Assembly (NCBI RefSeq): GCF_964355755.1
Contig: NC_092672.1
Coordinates: 24,937,237 to 25,001,236, forward strand
Direction: 5' to 3'
Length of the DNA stretch: 64,000 nucleotides
DNA from: Antedon mediterranea
Lineage: Eukaryota; Animalia; Echinodermata
In this document: piece by piece, positions 25,699-37,040 of the stretch
How the letters are laid out: each line of letters starts with the position of its first letter
Numbering within the stretch: the stretch's first letter is position 1
Program-made: the position numbers and the translations under genes
The notes under the pieces: generated by a model
The model's database searches: none
Seen by the model: only the letters and a program-made list of their open reading frames with translations
What the model was told of the DNA's origin: nothing

Positions 25699-28553
25699 TT
25701 TTTGTTTTAATCTTATTTGGGTTCATCCCACTTTTATTTTCATACAACTGTTCTCTTTACATATATTTTTCACTATACACTATACATATCATTATATTTA
25801 CAATGTTTGTTTAATCATCTGTTTACATATACTTATTTAAAGAGTTTTATTCATTTGTTTACATATTATCACATTGATTACATAGCTTCCTCTTTTTAAA
25901 CACATTATCTGTAACACATTTTCATTAACAAGCATATTTTTTTTCTTACATAGTTGTTTTTGATTATTTCATCTACCACATTTTCATTTAACAATGCATA
26001 TTCTCTGTTATACTCATTACTTACTAAATGTTTACTGTTAACATAATATTGTTCTCATCCTTTAACATTAATATTAATATTTTTGTTCTTTAATGTTTAC
26101 AAAACTTTTATTTCCAGCAGATTATCCTTTTTTTGCATCTATAACTTCTTAAATTTTCATTTAACTTTTTTACTTTCTTCTCTTATGTGGATTCATTCCA
26201 CTTTTTTTTTACTTATTTTCTTTAAAAAAAACTATTTCCATATATTATTTTGTTTATACATACATTATCATTTAACCACATTGATTACATAGTTTCCTCT
26301 TTTTATACATATTATCTATAACACATTTTCATTAACAAAGCTTATTTTTTCTTACATAGTTGTTTTTGTTTTTTTTTTCATCTACATGCATATTTATTTC
26401 ATACAATTATAATACGTTTATGTTTAATAATCCATCCCATGGGTTTGTCCCATTTTATTTTTCTTTGGATTTATCTATGCAAACATATTTTCATTTAAAC
26501 AATGCATATTCTCTGTTATACTAATTACTTACTAACTTTTTACTGTTAACATTATATTTTCCTCATCCTTTAACATTGATTTTTTGATCTTTAAATGTTT
26601 ACAAAATTTATTTCCAACAGATTATCCTTTTTTACATCTACAGTATAACCCATCAAAGTTTCATTTAACTTTTTTTTTTCTTATGTGGGTTCATTCAATT
26701 TTTTTTTACTTATTATTTATTCTATTATTTTTTTATACATACATTATCATTTAACAACATTTATGTTTAATGATCCATTAAAAAAATTAGACATTTTTTT
26801 TTCTTTTTAACCATTTTATCATTTCAAAATTCCACATGCAGTAAGAATGTGCAAATTACATATATATATACCTATAATATGAAAGCTTTGATGAAAACAC
26901 TTCACCACTTAAACCTAAACCTTCTTATCCTTCATCATTTTTTTATCATCAATCTATAAAAACTTTTCACATTTTGTCTTTTTGTTTTCAAATCATCAAG
27001 GTATACATATTTACAAAACATACAATATAGTAGCAAGAAAAAAAACATAATAGATTCATCATTCATGGTATCTCATTTACATATTTTCTTCCTTAATCTG
27101 GTTGAGCATATACAGTATACCTGCAGATTTACATATTTCTTATCTTTTTTTCAGATTTAAACATTTGTAGGAGATTGATTTTTTTTCTTTTTCCAATAAA
27201 CTTAATATCTTTACTTTATAAATACAAAATGCTCCTAAAGTGTATAATTTATTTACGTAATTATTGTCAGTTTCAAATAAAAGTCTTTTGAAAGAAAAAA
27301 CAGGAATATGTATGCTTACTGCTCTAATTATTTTGTTTATCTCTCTCCATAAACATTTTACTGTTATGCACTCTACTAACATATGTTTATCATTCTCAAT
27401 AACATTGCATGTGTCACAACATGGGGAATTTACAAGTCTCCACCTATGTAATCTTTCATTTGTTGGCAATATTCTGTGCAACAATTTAAAATTAAAATGT
27501 GCTAGTTTTTTTTCTTTAAGACCAGAAACTTTCTTAACCCATATTTTTGTCCATGGCATATTACCAAATATGGATTCCCACTTAACCTGTGCCGTAGGCG
27601 TAATATATTGAGCATCTATTATGAATCTATATAATTGTCTAGACGTCATATTTAAGACCTTATTGTTTGTAAATATGTATATCATTTACATTAATGTCAT
27701 GTGTTGATTTTAAAATACATTTCCATTCTTTTGGAATGGCTTTCAATGTACATGAATATTCACTGATCCAATTTTGTGTACATCTTAACCTTCTTGTTAT
27801 CTCTATCGCAGGCTTAAACACATTATTATTTATTACATCATATCTTTTTAAAAACCCTGATCTAATCCAGTTACAGTTATATAACGGCTTCTTTTTAATA
27901 CATATAAACTCATTACCTCATAATGATTGATTAATAATGTCATCATAGCTTATTGGTTCCTTTTTTAATCTATTATTACAAGCATTAGCTACTGCTATAG
28001 ACTTAATAACTCAGCTGAGAGGTAAAATGGTGGTACGGATATATTACACGGAACTTTTGATAAATTTGAGGTTAATGATTTTGGGCCTTTTTTTTCTATA
28101 TAAAATGTAGGTAAATATTTCCATTTGGCATCATCGTTTTCATACAGTCTATTGTGCCATTTAACTTGGAAAGATATTACCTGAGATCTGAATTCTACCA
28201 TTTTTAGACCACCTTGACTGTAATTGGCACACATGGTTTTTCTTTTTATTTTCTCTTTCTTAGTTTCCCAAATGAATTTAAAAATTAATTTATCCACCTC
28301 TTTTATTACTTTTTCTGGTACTAGTAAAATGCTGGAATTGTATATAATTTTTGAGAGCGCTAATGTTTTTACAATAGTAATTCTTCCAAAAAAAGTGAGG
28401 TGTCTTTTCTCCCATGTTTTTAGGGTATTTTCTAATGCGTCTATTTTTTCTTTCCAGTTCTTTTGATAACAATATTCCTTATCATGTCCAACATAGATAC
28501 CTAATATCCGAATTGGTGTGGATGTCCAAGAAATGTTACCATGTGTGTCCTGC
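25699..28553 (-). mobile_element. 5'-truncated Tx1/L1-clade LINE with long 3' UTR
   Basis: 14-bp TSD AATGATCAGCAATT (25685-25698 and 28554-28567), short A-tail, ORF2 C-terminal remnants. Confidence 0.9.
27140..28553 (-). pseudogene. Tx1/L1 ORF2 C-terminus (RT thumb region plus zf-RVT), frameshifted
   Basis: IRILGIYVG, WEKRHLTFFGRITIVKTLALSK, FKFIW, GGLKM; then FNFKLLHRILPTN...CDTC...HMLVEC (CCHC). Confidence 0.9.
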
Positions 28554-28779
28554 AATGATCAGCAATTGCTGGATGGATCACCCTCATTAAATATGGTTAA
28601 AAAAAAATATTAAAAACTGTAAATCAAGAAAAACAACATAAAAAAGTAAGTCACAATGTGTACATCATCATCATCATTTCATAGCCTTTGTCAGCTTATT
28701 GATCATGTCATCTGGACTGATTTTAATAATATTTGTTTTTCTCTTTTATTCTCTATCTAGAAAATCATGGCACTTTCAA

Positions 28780-29259
28780 CTTTTAAATCCCAAAAAATAA
28801 AAAAAATGTATAGAATTTGTCAAATTTTATATAAATATTTATTAACATAGTAAATAAGTCAATACAGTAATTGTGTCATATTTGTTGTGATTGTTTGTTA
28901 TCCAAACATGATAAATATTTGTATACATTACCTTTTTTTTATACATCATTAATGATCATAACAGTTTAAATTTGTAACTAACTTTATCATATAGATTTTG
29001 CCTCTTTCACTGTAAATGACTTTTAAATCCCAAAAAATAAAAAAAATGTATAGAATTTGTCAAATTTTATATAAATATTTATTAACATAGTAAATAAGTC
29101 AATACAGTAATTGTGTCATATTTGTTGTGATTGTTTGTTATCCAAACATGATAAATATTTGTATACATTACCTTTTTTTTATACATCATTAATGATCATA
29201 ACAGTTTAAATTTGTAACTAACTTTATCATATAGATTTTGCCTCTTTCACTGTAAATGA
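28780..29259. repeat. 240-bp tandem duplication
   Basis: 28780-29019 is repeated at 29020-29259 with no differences seen. Confidence 0.95.
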
Positions 29260-29399
29260 ATTGATAAAATGCACTTTGTGAAGTGAAACAAATTAATGTA
29301 ATAAAATTCACTTAATGAAATAAATTAAATCAATAAATTTAAACTCAGATTACAAATACTGCCACCAGTGTCCCAACATTTGAGATCACTTCTTTCTTG

Positions 29400-30998
29400 G
29401 GGCCTGTTTCTGCTGCATAAAAATAACCGGTTAAAATCGGTGTGAATAAATTAAAATCGGTGTGAATAAATTAACTCCATTTTCTTGGCAGCAGAAACAG
29501 GACAAATTTGTGGTAACCGGTTAAAACGCAGCGCAAAATCACCGGTTAAAAACACCAATTTAAATCGGTGTTAGAACGCCGTTTAACCGGTTATCGCTGA
29601 GCAATTCTTAGCTGCAACACGAAATAACGGTTATTTGATTGACAGTTGTGACCCCGGGTCAGATACCGTCGCGTACCATGTGTGTTTTCCTTGTGGTTTT
29701 GACAGTCGAACGAAGAATTGAACGTGGATGAATGAAAATCACAACATATGTTATTCAGTTGTGGGGGGGGGGGGGGGGGGGAAGATGTGGGGGAAGATGT
29801 GGGGGAAGAGAAAGTGCGGGGAAGTATGGCAGGCAATAGAAAAGATTCACAGATATATAAGAGCATTTTTGCGAAAGTAAAAGAGGAATTCGGGGTGGAG
29901 TTCCGAACTACCCAAGCTAAACAATTTGAGGCTTCACGCTCGCGAAGGGTAGGCCTATGGTCCTATAAACACCAAACGGAAACAAAAGGGACTCAGAATG
30001 TTGCAAATACCTACCAAACAAGAATAGATAATGGTTAATTAATTATGAAAACCCAAATTTTATAGCAAAAATCGTCCGAATTTATGTTAAAAACAATGAA
30101 TTTAGCAACAAAAACTGAAACCAAACGAGCGTATTTATGGCACGCCATTAGTGCCTTTAATAGGAGAACAATGAACAATCTGATTGTTTTACATAATATA
30201 ATTTTTTAGAAAAAGGTTATCAGAGCCTTTGATAATATATTAAATATAATTTTATTAAGCATAGAAATGTGTTATTATTTATTTAAGTACATAAATATAC
30301 AAAATAATGTTCAATACTCATTGTTCTATTAAAAGGCACTATGTGCGTGTGATGTTCTATGACTTGGATACTCTCGTTTGATTTCAGTTTTTGTGGCTAA
30401 ACTCGTTGTTTTTAACATAAATTTGGACGATTTTTGCTATAAAAGTTGGGTTTTCATAATTAATTAACAATTATCTACTCTCGTTTGGTAGGTATTGCAA
30501 CATTCTGAGTCTTGTTTTTGTTTCCGTTTGATGTTTAGTAGGACCGCGCTCGCAAAAGACAACAAGTGTTCAGCTCAGGTGGGAAGGGAATTAGGCAAGA
30601 TAATAATTATCCTAGGCGATCGGGCGCTGCACGACCCTCCCCATGTTATTGAAGGTGCCATGAGAATTAATGTAAATTAGCGATGGTAAGTAGGCTTTAC
30701 AAAAAACAAAATTTGTAGACCTGGAGACTGACAACATTTTATTATTTTAACATGTTCGCCGATATCACACACGTGTGTACTGAGCGTCGATGTAAACAAA
30801 CAGCCAACTTACTACTTCCGTCTGAGTGTATTGCATTTTGGGTAATGATGATGTTTTGCTCGACGACCACCCATTGTAGATTTAATCGGTTATTTCGGAG
30901 CACAAATTGAGCAGAAACGCGGTCTTTGTTATTGTTATCTATTTTTAATCTATTTAAAAATAACCGGTTAAATTGCGTTATGCAGCAGAAACAGACCC
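29400..30998 (+). mobile_element. Harbinger-like deletion derivative carrying a Myb/SANT-like remnant
   Basis: TIR GGGCCTGTTTCTGCTGCATAA / TTATGCAGCAGAAACAGACCC, TTG/TTA flanks, AACCGGTT subterminal repeats; remnant ITTYVIQLWG...EEKVRGSMAGNRKDSQIYKSI at about 29720-29930. Confidence 0.75.
29959..30545. mobile_element. Foldback element with long TIRs (MULE-like), nested in the Harbinger derivative
   Basis: About 29959-30135 is an imperfect reverse complement of about 30368-30545; ends GGTCC/GGACC; TSD not clear. Confidence 0.65.
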
Positions 30999-32474
30999 TT
31001 ATAAATACTGCCACCAATGTAAGCTTATTTGTTATCTTTGCTGTTCTATATTTGTAATCAATACAAAGGTTAAAGTGTAAATATTACCTTTTTATGGATT
31101 CTCTTCCTACAGTGTTGAGCCTAATCTAATACTGTTTTACTTAAATTGTACAAAGGCTTCTTAAAGCTTATTCACATGTCTAAATTAGACGGAAGTTTTT
31201 CAATTCAATTGTTACTTACAGTTTTGCTGAAAGAAATTGATAGGTTGCAAATTTAAATTGATTTAACAAAGTTACGAATGTGAATTAAGTGATTGTTCCA
31301 AATGGCTGGAATGACATTTAAAAAGAATATTTAAGAGAGGTACAATGGAAAAAAGGGATACAGAAAGTGGGGAAATCTCTTCTTTGATTAATAAAGTATT
31401 ACAGACCAAAATGTTTCATTATTTTGTGTTTTAGCCTAGAGGGCGTTTTTAAGAATTGTGTTGTTAATTGTTCAAACATTTTAAAAGATTACTTTGTACT
31501 GTTCATATTTATTTTACAGGGTGTGAGTGAGTGTAGCTACTGTATGACACAAAGTACAATGTTATTGAACTTCCTTCAATATAGGTAGCTTGTAAACAAT
31601 TGACTATTATGTAATTTGCACATTTTGAGCTTTTCAATAAAATCATTAAATTCATTTTTAAACATTTCATTTGATTAATTTATTCACCGTGTGACATGAT
31701 CAAAAAGAAAAATCAATATGCATCTGTAGTATAAGATGCTTTTATTAAAATGTCATTATAGCACACGGCAGAATTGGAAGTAATGTTTCACAATAGTAAA
31801 AAATAGTTGAAATGGTAAATCATACAAAATGAAAAATCTATACAAAATTAACAAATCAGGATAAAAATTTATTTGACATTGACATTATCTTTATATTATG
31901 ACCTTTGGATTTTCTATTTATTTTACCTTGTCTTTAACCAATATTACATTTGAAATTGTAGGGCAATGATAAAATGAAAGCAAACATTAAATCATGCGAC
32001 TTTGAATACTTGATTGACGCAGACAATTTATAACAATTCTTGTCCAGTATTGGTCTTCACTATTTCATGTCTTTAAAAGTAAAATGTTTACTGTAGAGTA
32101 TTTGTATGTAGCTGTTTAACAATTCTTGTCCAGTATTGGTCTTCATTATTTCATATCTTTAAAAGTAAAATGTTCATTATAGGGTATTTGTTGTAGCTGT
32201 TTGTCATGTTGGTTTACCTGCTTATCTTTACAATCTATTAGTATGTTAAACATTTTGTACAGTAAAGAGTTAAGTTGTACATTTTACCCAGTTGTTTCTT
32301 GTCTTTATTGAAAATGATACCTTAATATCAGTGGTACTGGTGTCACACAGTGCATCCAAAAAGAATAAACAAAAAAAACAACAAAAGTAATTAAATGAAC
32401 AAATTGAACATTAAACTTTTAAACTTCTAAACTTCTTATACATTTTTTAGTGAATTTATTTGTTCATTTCTAAT

Positions 32475-32629
32475 TAATAAAGTATCAAATACATTCTACA
32501 GTATTGTTTTATACCTGTTTTATCATGTTGGTTTATCTGTGGCTTTCTATTTAATAAAGTGTATCAAATACAGTATTGTTTTATACCTGTTATATCATGT
32601 TGGTTTATCTGTGGCTTTCTATTTAATAA
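32475..32629. repeat. 72-bp minisatellite, left part (split by the LINE)
   Basis: About 2 units of TAATAAAGTGTATCAAATACAGTATTG...GGCTTTCTATT, the same unit as at 36181-37040. Confidence 0.9.
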
Positions 32630-35600
32630 TAATAATAAATGAAAACTTATATAGCGCCGGTATCCTCCACCCATGTGGCGCTCATGGCGCTTTGTGCATT
32701 AACAACGTGCGAGAACATCAGCGAATAGCGACGTCTTTAGGTTGGTCTTGAAACTGTTTAGACTAGTTGAGCATTTAACTGTTGCTGGTAAGCTGTTCCA
32801 TACACTTGCGAACGCAACGTAAAAATATCTCTGACCCCACTGATTTTTCGCTCTACGCTCTTGAAGAAGGTTTTGTGACAATGATCGTAGGCCTCTGCGG
32901 GATGATTCGTAACGATCCACAAGGTCAGATAAATAAGCAGGAGCACTGTCATTTAGGATCTTGAATACAAATGACGCAAGTTTGTACTTAATACGTTGTT
33001 GAACAGGCAACCAATGCAAATCCATCAGAACAGGAGTTATGTGAGCGTTTGATTTTGTATAAGTTACAATTCTAGCTGCCATATTTTGCAAGCGCTGCAA
33101 ACGTTGTATTTGAGATTTTGGTATGCCAAACAACAAGGCATTACCAATGTCAATTTTAGAAGTGACAAATGAGTGTACAATCAATTCAGCTGTTTTCTTG
33201 TTAAGATTACCGCGAATACGACCAAGGTTCCTAATCGATATGCATGCTGCTTTGGATACAGTTGTTATTTGTGCTTCCATAGTGAGATTACTATCCAGCA
33301 TGATTCCCAGATTCCGGACCACCGATGAGGGAGCGATGTTAGAGTTTCCGATTCTGATATGTGTGATGTTGATTTTGGAGATGTTACATTTAGACCCGAC
33401 GATAATAAACTCTGTCTTTCCATCATTCAACTTTAGGTAATTTGTTGTCATCCAATTGCGAACATCTTCTATACAGGCTTCCATCTTACTGATTGCTGCA
33501 GCAACATCCCTTTGCACTGGATTTACTGACACATAAATCTGTGTATCATCTGCATAGAAATGGAAATGTAGACTGTGTTTGCGAATAATGTCACCAAGGG
33601 GAAGCGTATAAATGGAAAACTGGCCAGGCCCAATTACTGACCCCTGTGGTACACCATATTCCAGGCAAGCTTCATCTGAGAATGCATCATTGATACAGAC
33701 TAGCTGACGTCTTCCTGTAAGATATGACTGGAACCAGTTAAGAGCAACACCATTAATGCCAATGCGATTTCTCAGACGGGTTATCAGTCTTTGGTGATCA
33801 ACTGTATCAAACGCTGCTGACAAATCCAACAACACCAATAGCGTTATTTTCCCATCATTCATTCCTTGTAACAAATCATTCTGTACCTTTAAAAGGGAAC
33901 TCTCCGTACTATGACATGCACGATATGCCGACTGGTAATTCTCATTTAAATTATGCTTTTGAAGATATGGAGTAATGCGTGATGTCACTACACGCTCCAG
34001 AGTCTTTCCAAGAAAAGAAAGATTCGACACCGGGCGGTAATTTTTCAGCGTGTTATGATCCAAGTTTTGCTTTTTTATTAAAGGACGAACGTGAGCAATT
34101 TTCAGTTCATCTGGCACTATGCCGGTATTAAGAGAATGGTTAATGATTTCCGTTATTATTGGAACGACTGCGTCTATACACTTCTTCAGTATAGAAGTAG
34201 GAACTGGATCTAACCTGCATGATTTTGTTGGTGATTTTATCAGAATGTTGCGGATCTCATCTTGAGATACTGGTGTAAATGTTGTGAGATGCTGATGAAC
34301 AGCTGTCACAGGCTCATTAAATGACATGTCATCAATCTTGAAGTCGTCTCTGATGATCTTGATCTTGTCTGTGAAAAACTGACAGAACCTGTTCGCAAGA
34401 TCTAAGTCAGAATGACTATCTGGGAGAGGTGATACCTGGCGATGATGAAGGAGTTGGTTAACAATTTTAAAAAGTTCTTTGTGATCTGCTGCATGTTCTT
34501 CACACAAGCCAATGTAGTAGTTGGCCTTTGCCTTTCTTACCATGGAATTTACAATCCTCTTCTGTGCAATGTAAGCTTGACGATCTATTTCCAGATGAAA
34601 GATTCTCCATTTCTTTTCAAGCTTACGCTTTGTTCTTTTCTCAGCATAGATGTCACTGTTATACCAACTAGTGTTTGGTCGGACCTTTACTGTTCTCTTT
34701 TTTGGTGGTGCGTGTTTGTCAAGAAGTTCACTCAAAGTGGTGACATAAAGTCGTACTTTACTTGATAAATCAAGATTTGAGAGCGAAGTTCCGAGATCAG
34801 ACTGTGTGATATCTTTACATAATGTCTCAAAATTTATAGCATTCCAATGACGAGTTTCGATGGATTTAGTGATTACGGGTGGCTTCTTGATAAGGAGATT
34901 ACATGTGATTGCATAGTGATCTGATATACCATCAATGACATTAAGGTTTGAGAAAACAGGAGGATGAGATGAACGAGTGATCAGCAAGTCTAATGTATGA
35001 CCATGTTGGTGTGTAGGTGTAGACACATGCTGTTGAAGACTGCTTGCTACAAGTAGATTCTGAAAATGAATTGCATCTGCATCATTTGGCATATCCACAT
35101 GGATGTTAAAGTCTCCAACGAATAGTATGGGAGCCGGCTTCAATACATAGTGATCAACCAAAGTTGAGAATTCTTCAGTGAAAACATTTAGACTGCAACC
35201 CGTTGATTTGCTTTGAGGACGATATACTGCTACGAGGAAAACTGAGGATGCATTGCTGACTATTTCCACATTTAGCAGTTCAAATGATTTTGGTAATAAT
35301 CCCGTGTCATAACATTTAACCGCTATGCTTTCCTTGTAAAGAAGTGCAACTCCACCACCTCTTTTAGTAACTGCACGGGGAGCATGTTTGAGAGAGTATC
35401 CGTTGGGTGTAATATTTCCTATAACTGATGTGTCTTCTGGTTTAAGCCACGTTTCCGAAAGGGCAACAACATCCAGATTATGTTCGATAACGAAATCCAC
35501 AAATTCTGTTGTTTTGTTCCGAACGGATCTTGTATTAATACAGCAAAATTTAATATTGTTTTTAGATAAGAGAGAGTTTGATGATAAGTCCAGAAATGAT

Positions 35601-36180
35601 AGATTGTTTTTAGTGTGTTTGTCACGCCCAGCTCTTGTACCACGCCTGGTTTTTCTTTTTGGCCTCCTTGGTAATAGGTGGATACTACAGCTACTGGAGT
35701 TCAACTTAAAAGATTGTATAATTAAGCAAGATTCTTCAAGAAGTTCACAACTGTTATTGTTGTTGGTTACACAGCCCTGTAAACCATGAAGAAACTCAGA
35801 GCTATAGCTAATTAGCATGACAACAGCAGATCTTCAAGCATGAAGTGTACAAGGTCATTTACATAACAATATGCACAGTCAGATTGAAAGTACAGGGCTA
35901 GCTTCCCACTGATGCTAGTAGACCATTGTTCTTGGGCAGTGATGAGTTTGAATTAAAACAATAAACGCACAAGCAGGGCCTAGCTGAACTTCAGGAAACA
36001 ACAAGAAAAACAACTGCGATTTACTCCGGAAATTTGTGAATATATGGTGCTCAATTTGCTATTCCAGCATCCAGTAAAACTTATTTGATGAAAAAAAAAC
36101 CGTCTGCAAACAGATACGACGTTGTTATGCACAGAGCAATATAGAGCCGCCACATGGGCGCTGCAACATTCACTCTCCTA
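32630..36180 (-). mobile_element. Apparently full-length single-ORF L2/CR1-group LINE
   Basis: About 360-nt 5' leader, intact ORF, 3' stem AGCGCC/GGCGCT and (ATT)n tail; flanked by TAATAA within a minisatellite unit. Confidence 0.92.
32699..35818 (-). CDS. LINE ORF2: apurinic-like endonuclease plus reverse transcriptase (1039 aa)
   Basis: EN motifs INTRS, SETW, GGGV, YRP, GDFN, PTH...TLDL and SDH; RT motifs YRPVSNL, LDLSAAFDTVDH, GVPQGS and YADD; no stops or frameshifts. Confidence 0.97.
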   Translation of the reverse strand: MLISYSSEFLHGLQGCVTNNNNSCELLEESCLIIQSFKLNSSSCSIHLLPRRPKRKTRRGTRAGRDKHTKNNLSFLDLSSNSLLSKNNIKFCCINTRSVRNKTTEFVDFVIEHNLDVVALSETWLKPEDTSVIGNITPNGYSLKHAPRAVTKRGGGVALLYKESIAVKCYDTGLLPKSFELLNVEIVSNASSVFLVAVYRPQSKSTGCSLNVFTEEFSTLVDHYVLKPAPILFVGDFNIHVDMPNDADAIHFQNLLVASSLQQHVSTPTHQHGHTLDLLITRSSHPPVFSNLNVIDGISDHYAITCNLLIKKPPVITKSIETRHWNAINFETLCKDITQSDLGTSLSNLDLSSKVRLYVTTLSELLDKHAPPKKRTVKVRPNTSWYNSDIYAEKRTKRKLEKKWRIFHLEIDRQAYIAQKRIVNSMVRKAKANYYIGLCEEHAADHKELFKIVNQLLHHRQVSPLPDSHSDLDLANRFCQFFTDKIKIIRDDFKIDDMSFNEPVTAVHQHLTTFTPVSQDEIRNILIKSPTKSCRLDPVPTSILKKCIDAVVPIITEIINHSLNTGIVPDELKIAHVRPLIKKQNLDHNTLKNYRPVSNLSFLGKTLERVVTSRITPYLQKHNLNENYQSAYRACHSTESSLLKVQNDLLQGMNDGKITLLVLLDLSAAFDTVDHQRLITRLRNRIGINGVALNWFQSYLTGRRQLVCINDAFSDEACLEYGVPQGSVIGPGQFSIYTLPLGDIIRKHSLHFHFYADDTQIYVSVNPVQRDVAAAISKMEACIEDVRNWMTTNYLKLNDGKTEFIIVGSKCNISKINITHIRIGNSNIAPSSVVRNLGIMLDSNLTMEAQITTVSKAACISIRNLGRIRGNLNKKTAELIVHSFVTSKIDIGNALLFGIPKSQIQRLQRLQNMAARIVTYTKSNAHITPVLMDLHWLPVQQRIKYKLASFVFKILNDSAPAYLSDLVDRYESSRRGLRSLSQNLLQERRAKNQWGQRYFYVAFASVWNSLPATVKCSTSLNSFKTNLKTSLFADVLARC

Positions 36181-37040
36181 TAATAAAGTGTATCAAATAC
36201 AGTATTGTTTTATACCTGTTATATCATGTTGGTTTATCTGTGGCTTTCTATTTAATAAAGTGTATCAAATACAGTATTGTTTTATACCTGTTATATCATG
36301 TTGGTTTATCTGTGCCTTTCTATTTAATAAAGTGTATTAATACAGTATTGTTTTATACCTGTTATATCATGTTGGTTTATCTGTGGCTTTCTATTTAATA
36401 AAGTGTATCAAATACAGTATTGTTTTATACCTGTTATATCATGTTGGTTTATCTGTGCCTTTCTATTTAATAAAGTGTATTTAAATACAGTATTGTTTTA
36501 TACCTGTTATATCATGTTGGTTTATCTGTGCCTTTCTATTTAATAAAGTGTATCAAATACAGTATTGTTTTATACCTGTTATATCATGTTGGTTTATCTA
36601 TGGCTTTCTATTTAATAAAGTGTATTAATACAGTATTGTTTTATACCTGTTATATCATGTTGGTTTATCTGTGGCTTTCTATTTAATAAAGTGTATCAAA
36701 TACAGTAGTGTTTTATACCTGTTATATAATGTTGGTTTATCTATGGCTTTCTATTTAATAAAGTGTATCAAATACAGTATTGTTTTATACCTGTTATATC
36801 ATGTTGGTTTATCTATGGCTTTCTATTTAATAAAGTGTATCAAATACAGTATTGTCTTATACCTGTTATATCATGTTGGTTTATCTGTGGCTTTCTATTT
36901 AATAAAGTGTAATACAGTATTGTCTTATACCTGTTATATCATGTTGGTTTATCTATGGCTTTCTATTTAATAAAGTGTATCAAATACACTATTGTTTTTA
37001 ACTCTTATATTATGTTGGTTAGTCTATCTATTTTAATAAA
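36181..37040. repeat. 72-bp minisatellite, right part
   Basis: About 12 tandem units, degrading at the right end. Confidence 0.95.

Noticed and set aside
29354-31016. AAATACTGCCACCA on both sides of the Harbinger derivative as a TSD
   Set aside because: The left copy is about 30 bp from the TIR and Harbinger TSDs are 3 bp; more likely a repair duplication or pre-existing repeat
33123-35789. + strand ORFs overlapping the LINE ORF
   Set aside because: Antisense shadows of a long real ORF
36122-36970. Short ORFs in the 72-bp array (also 32539-32751)
   Set aside because: By-products of the tandem repeat; indels between units break the frame
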